The position numbers and the translations under genes were made by a program. Shown here one piece after another: positions 49,654 to 61,951 of a stretch of DNA of 64,000 nt. How positions within the stretch are numbered: position 1 is the stretch's first letter; each line of letters opens with the position of its first letter. The notes below the pieces were generated by a model, which was not told the DNA's origin, did no database searches, and saw nothing but the letters and a program-made list of their open reading frames with translations. Origin of the DNA: Curvularia clavata (taxonomy: Eukaryota); assembly GCA_023920165.1 (NCBI GenBank), contig CP089277.1:2976001-3040000 (forward strand), in the 5' to 3' direction.

Positions 49654-51969
49654 GGTGGTGAAAAAGATGCCTCAATAGACTTCTTGCTTAGTGCCGCTCA
49701 AGAGTGACTGGTTGTTGGAGTGCACATAGCCGTCAAGGCAGCTGAAGGACGGTGGCGGGCAGATAGCGCCCCACCCTTAGCGATCTCTAGATCTTTGACG
49801 TCTAAAAGAATACACCGAGATTTGCTTCCAAACCGTCACCACATTGAACAAGCATTTACACTTGGGTGGAATGATCAATGATCACGTAGCGATTATGGAG
49901 ACGTGAGAGAGACAGGTAAGCGACTGAATAAGCCGCCTCAGGGGCCGGAGCAGGCGTCCGTCAATGGTCACCCAAATTGGATGCGGCCTCAACATCCACC
50001 GTATCGATTCCGGCTGACGTGCACACCAGAAATTGCAGGCAGGACGGGATATGTTGGGCGCCGCGACAGGTGTCACATACGTGAGTGGCACTGTGCAGTC
50101 TAGATAAAAACTGAGACTGTGAAACTGTTTGAGAAGCACACCAAATGCTGATCGAAACACAACGGGCCGCTATGGAGAGCGACCCAGGATGTCTCCTGTA
50201 GGCGTTCGGTGGGCTGGGGAAGTGTCGCAGAGCTGTGCGGGATCGCTGAAACAGTTCGGTTGGGGTTCTGACACAGCTCACCATGCGAACTCCTTGGGTT
50301 TGCAAACACACTCTCTCAATCCTTTTGCGCAGCCTGACTCTTGCGCGTCGAGACGAAACATGATCGGGTGCTTTTCCGATAGTGTGCCCGAGGTTGTCCC
50401 ACTGTGCATGCACTGCGGGCGTGCCCGCTAGCCTGATTGTGTTGCAAATACTGGATGTGGAGCGAAAAAGAAAGAGGACTAATGTCGCTGCTTCGGCGGC
50501 CTTGCAGAGAGCTAAGAAGCCAACATTACCCCTCTTTTAGTCTCTGCGAGGCTAAAAAACCTCTATGGGTTGTCAGACAGCAGAAGCGTATCTTGTGGCG
50601 TATGCTATGCGAATCCCGAGGTCCAGGACGCACCGCTGCGCGCAGAGATGTTGCGCCTGGAGAGTTTTCTGGACAGAGATGCCGCTGCAGCCTCTTTGCA
50701 AGCCATGTACGGCCAGGCAGAGCCGACCCTTGTCTGTACGGATATAGAAAAATGGGCCAAATATTACCAGCAGCCTGGAGTGACCTAACGAGCGAGGTAC
50801 TCAATCTCTCACACTGTGAGCTTCAGGGCAGAGGCAGCTAACCCAAGCTGTGCAAAAAAGGATGGTTGGAAGGAAAGATAGTCGATGAGACAGCAACGCG
50901 ACCCATGCCGTAATCCTGAGGCCTCTGCCAGGACGCAGGCTTCCAAGTCTTGCACGTTCGGATGCAAAGCTTGTGGCTGCCGTATCTTCCGTTAATCTGA
51001 GAGCAAGACGCAGTTAATTAACCAACATTGGGGCTTGGAGCGGGGCATTCGATAGAGCGTGCATACCGCTACGGGGTCATTTGGGGTCTTTGTTGGGCCG
51101 GATCAGGTCATTTTGCCAGTCAAGGGCCTGCATGGCGCCTGCAGCGCACAGACGGCCGGTGAAAGTCAATGGACGCAGACCCCAGCCCAGCCTCCCGTTC
51201 GGGCAGGCGAGCGAGGAGCCCAGGTCGAGGCTGTCGAATTTCCGAATCTGTGCCGGTGTTTGGTCTTCGTCTGGAAGGTCAGCGCTGAAACTGTAAAAAA
51301 TCCTGTGCCGGCAGTTCCTCGAGTAAGACGGCCACGCCGCCTCCGTACGTCGAAACTGGCGCGGTCATGTTGGACTCTGCCTTGGGCGTGGAGGCGCTGT
51401 CCAAGATGCCAACGCTCACACGACTGATCGAGGCTCAAGACGGCCAGCCGGCGCCACGGGAAGGCGGCTCAGTATGCACATCCATAGTTGCCTTGGTAGT
51501 CTAGAAAACCAGAACGCCATCGTAGCGCTCTCCACATTGCTGGATTGGGTCGCCAGTCTGGACGTATCAGCGTGTAGAGCAGGTACAAGCCTTTTTCCCC
51601 AGGCTGCCGGGAGCGGCAAGGTGGGATGCACACTCAGAGCCACACTGAGACGCTAGAGCCATGATGAGGTCTCACCAGTTGTTGGTGTGCATATTTCCCG
51701 GGATTGATATTAACGATCTCGTCAGGCCTGGGCTGGCATGGGATGGGACGGTGGTCTGTGTTGACGTACATACACATGGCAGGCGCAGGGGCCGCCCGTC
51801 AAACGGCAGCCGCCATGTCAAGAGCAAACATTATAAGTTTGTCTAACCGCCACCTCCAAGTACTTGGTCGAACATCAACGACTACAGCTCGACACTTGCA
51901 CACAAACCAGGCAGGCCCCTTCAATTCATCCACACGTGTCACTGTCAACTCGTTCCATCACCACCCAAG

Positions 51970-52823
51970 ATGCTCTTCTCTACCTTCACGGCGGCACTCG
52001 TCTTTGCCACTTCTGCCTATGCAGCTGCTCTACCTCCTCAGGCCCCTCAGCCTGGAAAACCACACACATACACTCCAGCCAAGAACCTCGACAAACTTGC
52101 TTCACTGTTCCCCAAGAGCAATCTCACAGGCCCTGGAGACTTGGCTCTCAAGTACGTCGTACTCGGCATTGGCACCCAGAACTACACCTGCGCAAGTCCC
52201 GACGAAAGTGTTACTCCGGGCACTACTGGTGCTGTTGGTAAGAACTCCTTTCCGTCTCATCTAATTCCAGCACTGACGATTACTTTTACCAGCCACTCTG
52301 TATGACATTGGCTCAAAGCTCAACAATGACCGAGATGCCAACTGGAAGATTGGAACCCTGTCTCCCCTTGCCCTCTCCATGTCTGAGTGGGCTCCTCAAC
52401 TGCTCGATATGAGTCTTAAGTCTCAAGGCTACGAAAACATTGCTGGACACCACTTCTTTGCCAGTGTTGCTGGAACCAACACTCCCACATTCGCCTTTGA
52501 CCAACTTGCTGCCCCGTATCCCATGGCCCAGGTGGCAAAGATTGGTTCTGTCGACGCTCCCAAGACTGCATGCCAGGGAAAGAACGGTCTTCCTGCCGTT
52601 GCCTGGCTCTATCTCCAGCACCAGGCGGGCATCTCCCAAGGAGGCATCAACACTGTCTACCGTGTCGAGACCGCCGGCGGCAACAAGCCTGCAACCTGCA
52701 AGGGCATGCCAGCTTCATGGGAAGTTAAATATGCCGCACAATGTAAGTCCATGAGAAACACACCTCCACATCATATTCAGTCACTGACAAGTCTCAGACT
52801 GGGTCTATGGTCCAAAGCAATAA
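51970..52823 (+). CDS. Secreted DUF3455-like protein
   Basis: Signal peptide; LGIGTQNYTC, GHHFF, AVAWLYL, VYRVETAGG and VKYAAQYWVYG motifs; two introns. Confidence 0.85.
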
Positions 52824-53683
52824 GCGCTGAGCTTACGACGCTCGTTTCGACAGCGTTACGACAACGTCAAACTTTCTACACTTTCCCATGACCTTTTGTA
52901 CGCCCAGACTAGTCGCGCGCGGCTATACCTGTTGTTCATGACTGGGCTAGAGGTCATGTGTACAATCACGCGACCTGTTTCTTCTCACTGATTTTCTTTT
53001 ATATTTCATGTTTAATCACGATACCCTTTTCGTTTTGGTTCGCATAGTTATGCGCATATTCCGTATCTGCTGCTCCGATATCATGGCATACGGTATCTAG
53101 AGATACCACCAATAGTTTACTGTCAGAGAGCTTATGTGGTGCTCGGTTTAATACAAATGATTTTTCAACCTCCATGTCTGCCGTTCCTCAGCCGCTCTTT
53201 ACCTCCAACACGTCAATGCAAGGTACATGACCCTGTTCGACACGCCATCAAGCACACTACTCGTTTCTTTTGCTCAGCCCCAGCAAAGTAACACGAGATC
53301 TCGGCTCTGCACCACCTCGCCAACACGCCTTCCTCAAGTATACACGTCATGCCTTTGTCTCATCTCTCCCCACATCCAACACGGCACATTACCCACTACG
53401 CCGCCTACCTGCACCCATTCCCATGGTACGCCTATCTCGCTAACACGTATCTATGTACAGCCTCACGTTGCGGCACAGTCCACGCCGCCTGCGCCGCACG
53501 CGCAAGCGCACGGCGTCCAAGGCTCTCTACCTAACCGCGCTTATTCCTCCCTCTGCACGTACGCATAGCAATCCACCACCAACTTCACACCAACATTTAT
53601 TTTATAGTCTACCATTTCTCACCCACACGGCCCCATCTCCATCCCAAACATAGCAAACTAATGAACCAAGCCACATACGCGCC

Positions 53684-53805
53684 GACCCTCGGAAAAGAAA
53701 TGACCGTGCGTCACCTTCCCTACATGGACACGGACAGGGCCAACTTACCAGTTTAGCCCCGGTTCCGCACCTACATGGTAGTCTCGTGTGCAGGATACGC
53801 CAGGG
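53684..53805 (-). ncRNA. Candidate structured RNA element (two hairpins, unknown class)
   Basis: Manually found stems whose mismatches become G-U pairs on the minus strand; CCAUGUAGG repeated in both hairpins; no credible ORF. Confidence 0.35.
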
Positions 53806-54125
53806 ACGCTAGTAAAGGGTGAGTGGTAGCAAAAATTGGGGCAGGGGTTTGCGTGTGTGTGTGTGGGACGTAGGTGGTGTATTGGTGGCAGGGGCTGGGG
53901 CGGCGGGTATTTGGCTTGGCGCTGGGAAAGGGCGTGTGGATGTGGTGGCGGGTAGGAAGGAAAGATATCGGGTGTCTTGGTATGAGATAGGCGAGGAAGA
54001 AAAAAGGGCAGTGGATTTAGGACCATGTGGTGTGCACGGCAGTGATGTCTTTGGATTTTGGAAGTATGTTTGGTGTAGTATACAGACCCTTCAAACAGCC
54101 AGTTCTATACATTATTCCTCTAGCT

Positions 54126-54153
54126 TGACTTTTTTTTAAAAAAAAAAAAGTCA
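54126..54153. repeat. Palindromic hairpin tgac-T8-A12-gtca
   Basis: 12-bp perfect stem with a 4-nt loop, about 45 nt downstream of the FAD monooxygenase stop codon. Confidence 0.7.
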
Positions 54154-54197
54154 GAGCATTACCCTGTACAATTTCCTCTAATTATGAACAGATCATA

Positions 54198-55349
54198 TCA
54201 CAAGTTCCCAGCACCCGCCTTCACCCGATGAATATTGCCAATACCCCTCTGGGCCTCCTCCACCCCCTTCTTCCACTGGGGATACACCTCCTCATACCAT
54301 TTCTCGACACTTGCTTCATCCCCATCCGCAATCTTCTCCGCAAGCGATACTGCATCTAGAATCGCCGCATTGGCGCCATTGCCTCCCACAATCGGCTCCG
54401 CGTGCGCCGCTTCGCCCAAAAAGCACAGTCCCGTGTCCACTGCCACACTCTGCAGTTCTGGTAGGGAAACTAGCATGCTGCGCATAAGCCAATGCAACAC
54501 TCTATCCCCGCGCATCTTCTCCGGGTCAAAGACGTCCGAGAAAGGAGGTTGAAGGCTTCCCAGCGCCCCTACTTCTTGGAATAGTTCCTCGGGGATCTTG
54601 GTGGCGTCTTCCTTGGGGCGGTTGGGCTGGTGCAGACGATCAGACTCGCTGCGCACAGGACGTGAATAAATCCAGCTGAGGCTGATTTCCTGCTCTTTCG
54701 TGTCGTTGATGCTGACGTGGAGTACTGCATCGCCGTGCCTCTCTTCCACGACATTTGCGTCTCGCATTGCTGGGGCGTAGAATGTGTTGAAGGTGTTGCG
54801 GTCGATTCTTCTTTTCCCGTTGAAGGCGATGTACGGGAGGACGTTTAGCTGAGCCGATGGAAGCAATATCTTGCGAATGCTGGAGTGAACGCCATCGGCA
54901 GCGACAATGATATTCGCAGTCCCCAACTCGCCATTCTGGAACTTCAGCTGCGTACCGTTTGATGATGGCTCCACGCTCTGCGGTGTATGCTCCCACCTGA
55001 TATCCAGGCCTTCGCGCAACAACTGTTCAAGCTTGTTTCTGTTTGCGCGAAAAGAGGACTTGGTATCGTACATGCCGCTGTGATTAGGAAGGTCCACGCT
55101 AGACCCTATTTTCCCCGTCCCATCACTCTCCGCGTCTACCGCTACCCGTCTCTTGAACGCGTCCTCGTCGATGTCGAGGAGGGAGAGAAGAGGTCTGTAC
55201 GCTGTCGCGTGCAGCGTGATGCCATAATTGAACCGAGGCTTTGAAGCACCTTTTTCATACAGTACGGCGGGAATGCCACGGCGGAGGAGACTGCGGCCTA
55301 GAGTTAAGCCGGCGATACCAGCGCCAATGATGGAGATAGAGGGTGTCAT
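54198..55349 (-). CDS. FAD-dependent monooxygenase (class A, aromatic hydroxylase-like)
   Basis: IIGAGIAG dinucleotide-binding motif, VAADGVHSSIR DG motif and LGEAAH...GGNGANAAILDA; intronless. Confidence 0.9.
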   Translation of the reverse strand: MTPSISIIGAGIAGLTLGRSLLRRGIPAVLYEKGASKPRFNYGITLHATAYRPLLSLLDIDEDAFKRRVAVDAESDGTGKIGSSVDLPNHSGMYDTKSSFRANRNKLEQLLREGLDIRWEHTPQSVEPSSNGTQLKFQNGELGTANIIVAADGVHSSIRKILLPSAQLNVLPYIAFNGKRRIDRNTFNTFYAPAMRDANVVEERHGDAVLHVSINDTKEQEISLSWIYSRPVRSESDRLHQPNRPKEDATKIPEELFQEVGALGSLQPPFSDVFDPEKMRGDRVLHWLMRSMLVSLPELQSVAVDTGLCFLGEAAHAEPIVGGNGANAAILDAVSLAEKIADGDEASVEKWYEEVYPQWKKGVEEAQRGIGNIHRVKAGAGNL

Positions 55350-55606
55350 TGCATTGTGTAGGATGTAAGAATTGTCCGGGCATGTTGAGAAAGGTGGATG
55401 TTGGAGCCGATGGAGTGGTCTCGATGCTAGATCGTGATCGGGCCAATCAGCTTGTTGCGAAGGGAAGAGGCTAGAAGCTTAGGACGGAATGGTACGTCGT
55501 CAGAGGAACCTTCCTCTCTTTGTGTTCGTTGATCTGTCTAGAAACATCATTCATTTACAAAATTAACTATTATCTATTAAATCCTCTTTTTGCAACTCAT
55601 ACCCGC

Positions 55607-56811
55607 TCACAAGTAGATATAGCAAAACGGCTCTCCGTCCAACGTGCTCAACAGCTCCTCAATCCTCTTTGGCTCTACGTTGAGCCAATTCGTCTGAATG
55701 ATATCCTTGAGCGTCGTTTTGGCACTGTTAGGCTGAAACGCGGCGACGTTTCCTGCAATAGTGGCCGCTTGGTCAAGATGCAGCGCCTGCCAGATCCACC
55801 ACACGCGGTCTACCATGGCATGGTGTAGGTAGAAAACAGGGTCGTTGGGGCTGCTGTAAAAGTCGCTGCCATCACCGCCCATCACATAGTGGCCAGCGGC
55901 GTGCAGCCCGAGGAACTTGTCGCCAAAGCGTCCTTGCAGTTCGTCCTGGAAAGTGGCAATGTTCTTGGACGCAGCGCCAATGGTGATGTTGCGCAGGTTG
56001 TCAACTGTAAGCCAGGTTTTGGCCGCGTACGAGGTAATGTCTCGCTTTGCGCAGCGAGGGTTGTAGTCGAGTGGCGAGGCGACTTTGACTTCTCCATCCA
56101 TGCCTGGGCTCACAGGGCCCATGTTGAGTTGAACACCGGCGAATGGTCCGCTGGCAATGCAGCCTCCACCATTACCTGATGGGAGGGCGATATTTCCGCC
56201 ACCAGCTATACTTCCGTTGTGCTGTACAAAAGATCCATCACCACCCATACTTGTCTCTGATCCGTCGAAAACGGGCGACTTTGTGATATCGTCCTGGTAG
56301 CTAAACCAGTTCCAGTAGGGCTGGTATCCGGTATAGCCACACTCCTCTCTCAGAGTCAACTCGTAAGCATAGGTAAAGTACCTGTGCCAGGACAAGAAGT
56401 TGCCAGTGCCGTGGATCGATCGCGTCTGGTTGATGTGTTGTCCGACGAAGTCATCGAATCGGGTTTTGGCTCCTGGAACCAAGGCTGGGTCGGACTTTGA
56501 AGGCAGAGACTGCATGCATTTGACCGCGCTGATATATGCTTTGCGTTCTTTCGCAGTCAAGTGGTCCCTTAGAAGCTATTAGTTAACGACCGAGAAGCCA
56601 AGGTCATGACATCTTACCAGTTTCTCCTGGCAGGAGCATTGAAAACAGAGCAGCTGGACCTCTTTCCGATAGAGCCATTCGCCTCTGCCTCTTTCAACGC
56701 CGCAATCGCCTGGTCCTGTAGGTCTTGGAGAAGGTCACGGCGTTGCAGCGCAGCGGACTGAACCACACCGGCCAAAGCCAGAACAGCAGTGGGAACACCA
56801 AAGAAGCGCAT
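55607..56811 (-). CDS. Secreted tyrosinase (type-3 di-copper protein)
   Basis: Signal peptide; CuA QHINQTRSIHGTGNFLSWHR; CuB LHAAGH...SPNDPVFYLHHAMVDRVW; one intron. Confidence 0.93.
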
Positions 56812-58392
56812 CTTGATGGCAATTATAAAGCAAGGGGTTAAAGGATGCTGGAAAGAAAAAGAAAGATCATTCTAAGACTGCGTACAGAACCATCTAATAT
56901 GGGTTTCCAGAATATGGACTATCGTTAATCTGCATGTGCATGCAGCTAAACATGGGTCAGCCAACCACGCCTCAGTCCAAGGCTGTACAAGAGGAACGGC
57001 TGTTATTCGCATATCTGGAAATAGTCGCTGATGAGCCCCGTTCCTTGTAGCTGTACATGGCCCATGAGAGGCCCATACCCATGGAGCGCCCAGACATGAC
57101 TCGCGGAATACCGAGGCATGGCAATTTGGATTGGGGTAGCGGTTTTGGATTGGATGTTGAGAGGAAAGTGTCTAGAGCTAGCAACTTGTTACAGAGTCAT
57201 TGGCTAGGTTTATGTATCTCGAGACTTTATACTTGCGACCTACTGATGCCGTTATAGGTAACAGCTATGCCTACCCTTCAACTCCGCCGTCTGCGGTGCG
57301 CAAGAGTCCATGCCCCAGCGTAGGATTGCCAAGTGGTTGTTAGGCCGCCCTCGAGATACCCACGCATAAGCGGCAAATTTTCATGTACGAATCAAACGAG
57401 AGGCGAGATGAGCGACCTGGCTGTGCCGCATCAACGCCCCGTCTTAGCCGAGTTCTGCTTCGTCGCAACAAAGTTATTCTCCTTGTCCTGACACATAGTC
57501 GCCTCGAGAATATGAAAAAAAAACGTGACCAGAATCTCTTTCTTTTGCGATTTAGGGTCTGTTCAAGGTCAGTTGTCAAAGTTCATACGATCATGCTACG
57601 AGGAACGGGCGGGACGCGAGTGGGTCAATTCCAGGATGCTGTCTCTGCAGGGACCACTGTCACTAACACGCTCTCGACTACAATCCAGACAAGAGTAGTC
57701 GTCGAGCCCAGACAGACAATACCCGGGAACATGGTTAGAACAAAAACCCCAGCCCTTCGCAACAATGCCATAACTAGCGGATTACCTAAGATGCGGATGA
57801 TCTTCTCCGCTGTGAGCCTTTTGTCCCCGATGTCCTTATTCTGTCCGTCTTGGTATACGATCCCTCGTAATATATCCATTGTCCTCGGCCCTCTTGGTAC
57901 CATTGCACAACATGCCTTGGCGCATCGGCAAGGATCCTACCATTGACTCCGTACTCCGTACAGCTTGGACATCATGCGCGTGCCCAATAACATCTGCGCC
58001 GTGGAAGTTGTACCAGCGGAATTGCTTGGATAGCCAAGCTGTGCCTAGACAGACAAACATGGTCGCGTTCCTCCTCACGCAAGTACATCCGCTGGCACAG
58101 ATACCGTATCTGGCAGCTCCCATTGAAGTTGGCAGAAAAGGCTGTCCTGATGCGTAGGTCATGCGAAAAGCGTTGATGGTGAGAGGGTCTGAAACGCTCA
58201 AGGATGCCGTTCCTACTGTCTATCAGTATGGCATGAGAGAAGAAAAAAAGGGATACGAATGCCCGCGATTCAGTTTTTTTTTCCTTTGTATTCTCGCATG
58301 ATTGGCATTCTTTTGCTTTCTTATCACTTTTCTTGACACTACCTTCGCCCCACTGGTTCGCGCGCGGCCGTTGTTCGTTAGAAGAGGCGATC

Positions 58393-59919
58393 ATGTCGAC
58401 GACACCTGCTGGGCAACCCACAGTGGACCCAAAGTGGGCGGCGGAAAACAATCTTACTCGCGTACTTGTGCTGACGGGCATTTTCCATATCTCCGCGCTG
58501 ATCAGTGTTGGGCTGAGGCTGTTTGTCCGTCTCGGTCTGCTGCGATCGCTGGGGAAAGACGACGTTGTGATTGTTTTGGCGGCTGTACGTACTGATGTCT
58601 GATTTGGTGGATGCCATGACTGACACGCATCAGCTTGGGGCGCTGGGCGGCTGGATCTGCTTCATTCTTCAGGGCTATCATGGCTTCGGACGGCACATTC
58701 AGACAGTGTCGAAGCAGGACATGGAGAAGTTTGGCCAGATAGGCTTCTTTGGTAGCATCATCTCCGCTATCGGTGCCCTTGGACTGCTGAAAATCTCCAT
58801 CGCTCTCTTCTTACTCAGGCTGAAGAACAACAACATCTGGAAATGGTACTCGCGCTGCCTATGGGGATTGATAGGTAGGGTAACCTCTCGCAGCTCACAA
58901 GCTCATGCCACTAATCTCCTCGCACAGGGTTGGTCACTTTCTACACAATTGGCGCCTGGCTCACCTTTTTCCTACACTGCACTCCCATGTCTGCAAACTG
59001 GACCCGACGCGGCGTCTGCTACAGCCAAAAAATGTTTGTCGCCTTTGCTCTCACAAACACCTGTAACTCTCCCTCCCCTAAAACAACACTTTATGCCGTC
59101 CGCTCACACGCCACAGCCTTGAACATCTTCACCGACGTGTGTTTCGCCACTCTCCCTATTCCAATCATCTGGAGCCTCCAAATGTCTCGAATGACGCGAA
59201 TAAATCTCATCGGCGTCTTGAGTCTTGGATACATGTACAACACCTCCATCTCTGTTCTTAGCAAACCCGCTAAACAAGACGACAGTGCAGTGGCTCTCGG
59301 CATCGTAAAAGCCAGTTACCAAGTGAAGAAGGACCCAGACCGAACATTGTACTTCTCCCCTCCCTATACTCTCTCTAAAGAAATCTTCCCTAACTCTTCA
59401 CCCTAGCGCTCAACACCTCAACGTCTTCGGCTTGTACGTCTCCCCTATCCCTCTTTCCACGCTCCTTCTAACCATCATAGCCTTCAACTCAACGTCGGCA
59501 TCATCGCCGCCTGCATCCCCACGCTGAAACCCCTTCTCCGCAGCCACTCCCGGCAGACGCAAACCCCCCGCCGTAGTGCATACGCGGACATCGAGCACGC
59601 AGCGACAATCGGTAGCGCAAGGCAATTCAAGTCAGGGTCCCGACGAGACGGATACCGCGATACGAACGGGACGGATGGAACGAAGAAAGGTGGTATGATT
59701 ACGACGACAACGACGACGGTGGATGAGACGTATGAGATGGTGGGGCGAACAGGAGGGAATGGGACACTGCAGGATTATGGGGTAGGGGGTCAGATATGGC
59801 ATGGAGATGTTGGGGAGAGACGGACAGAAGGAGGTGGAGGTGATAAGAGGGAGATTTTGTGTACGACCGAGGTTGTGATTGATAGAGAGGTGAGGAGGAA
59901 GATACAACACGATAGGTAG
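58393..59919 (+). CDS. PTH11-like (fungal rhodopsin-domain) integral membrane protein without CFEM
   Basis: VGLRLFVR...GKDD, GFGRHI, LKISIALFLLRL, CTP...W, NIFTD...LPIPIIWSLQM and NVGIIAACIPTLKPL motifs; several short introns. Confidence 0.85.
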
Positions 59920-60259
59920 GCCGGCATATCGTTTTGGATTAATGAGTATGAGGCACGGTTGAATTTCAGTTATAGGAAGACGAGGTATTTTTGGCAACGC
60001 GAAACTCAGGTAATGACACGGGCGAAATTAAAAGGAGGAAGAAGAAAACAAAGGCTTGTGTATGAGCAGATTCCATTTCATTCCTGTCCTACGTATCTGA
60101 ATCCTATCTTCAAAATCTGCTTTCTGTTGTTCTCCCAGTATTGGACGACGTAGAAGTTCCATAAGGGAAACTACGCATCGCTTTGATTCAGTGTCTCTAC
60201 ATCCAGCTGTGGCTGATCTGTCAGAACAGATCGTCACAAGCACTTATGGTTAGAGAGCT

Positions 60260-61951
60260 CTACCAGCCTCCACCACCGCCAGAAGACTCACCGGCGCCGG
60301 TGTCCCAGGAGGAATCAGCCGCACCAGTGGTACCAGCGGTATCACCTGTGTCTCCCCAACCATTACCACCATCCCCAGCACCGGTATTGCCACCGCTCTC
60401 GGCAGCTTGAACCTTGCATCGCTGTTTGTGTCAGTCTGGTTCTCTTCCACAGCATGAAGTGCGCTTACCTTTGGCCCGTGGCCCATCTCGCCGCAGTTAC
60501 TGCACTTATGTTTTTCCCAGTTTTTCGGTTCGGGGCAGTCGCGAGAAAAATGCCCAATCTTCTCGCAGTTACGGCAAGTCACTGTATCAGGGTTGCGAGG
60601 TTGGTCGCATTCCTTGGCTATATGGTCGGCAGATCCGCAGTTACGGCAGGTACGCGCCTCGACGTTGGGGCACTATGATCTGTCAGTATTCATCTAAACA
60701 ACTCAACTGTGTATATATATACTCACATCCTTGGAGAAGTGCCCGGTCTCGTTGCACTTGCGGCACTCGACACCCTCAGCGGAACGAGGTTCAGGACAAT
60801 CCTTGGCGTTATGGCCCTCCTGCTTGCAGTTCTTACAAGCGAAGGGGTTGACCCGCTCCTTGGTGCAGTCACGAGCTCGATGGCCGGTCTCTTGACAGTT
60901 CACACACTTGATTTCAGGCTCGATCTCCCGCTCGACCTGTTCCTGCTTGCAGTGCTGCCTGAAGTTAGCAAAGACTATTCTGGCACAACAAGTGATTGAT
61001 TGATCACTGACCTTCCGGATGTGACCCAGCTCGCCGCAGTTGCCGCAGAGAGGGCGACCACAGTCTTGAGGAAATCCACAGGACGCAAGGCGCTTCATGT
61101 TCTGCTCAGGGCTTTCAGGCCAACCTTGGGCCAGCTTGGCACGACGGGGCTTTGGAGAGAGCTGAAAGGTGAGAACATACTCGCGGTCGGGGTTGCCAAC
61201 AAGGTCGACAATGGTGAAGTTGATGGCAACCTCCTGCTGTTTAGCAATCAGGTAGACACCGAGCTTGGCCTCACGCAGAGCCTGTTCGACATCAGGAAGG
61301 TTGAACTGTTCCATAGTGGCGCGGGCATAGGCTCGAAGACAGACGCGGAAAGTATCGAGGTCTTTCTCCTTGGCGGAATCGATGAGGGCAGTCCAGGCAG
61401 CTTCAGCATCCATCTCGGGGATGCCGGTCCAGTCTACCTGACGGCGAGACGTGCAGTCCATAGCATGGTGTCCCTGCTGGTTGCAGAGCTTGCAAGTGCC
61501 GTCGAAGGGACGCTGGACACGCTCGTTGGTACAGTCTGCTTTGTTGTGGCCAACTTGACCACAGTTGTAGCACTCGCCAGTGAGGCCGCCACCCTCAGGC
61601 TTGGAGGGGCAGTCGCGGGCAAAGTGGCCAGGCTCCTTGCAGCTGTTGTGTACATTAGCATAGGAAGAGTGGTTAGTCAGAAGTTGACTCACATGCGGCA
61701 GTCGTCATCACCAGTTTTACCAGCATCGGGATTGGTATCACCAGTGCTACCCCAGGCTTCTTGAACAGGACCACCAGCCTCAGTGGCACCCCAGTTATCT
61801 CCAGCAGAGGCACCAGTATCGCCGGCACCCCAGTCATCACCGGCAGAGGGACCTGTGGCCCAGTCTTGCGGACCTAAGTGTTGTGTTAGCATGACAGTGA
61901 GATATACAGAACAGGCAACATACCGGCATCGGCACCCGTGTCCCAGCTCAT
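60260..61951 (-). CDS. CCHC zinc-knuckle nucleic-acid-binding protein (CnjB-like), about 10 knuckles, with WG-containing tails
   Basis: Ten C-x2-C-x4-H-x4-C motifs after splicing, for example CYNCGQVGHNKADC and CRNCEKIGHFSRDC; Gly/Asp/Trp-rich termini. Confidence 0.9.

Noticed and set aside
50570..50788. 72-aa ORF with protein-like composition
   Set aside because: Starts at TTG with no in-frame ATG near its beginning, has no motif and no supporting exons.
53640..53850. Identity as U1 snRNA (ACTTACC), 5S rRNA (ACATACG) or telomerase RNA
   Set aside because: Only short motifs match; U1 loops, the 5S internal sequence and a telomeric template are absent.
47985..59919. Ustiloxin-type fungal RiPP cluster
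   Set aside because: No Kex2-repeat precursor peptide and no DUF3328/UstY gene in the window.
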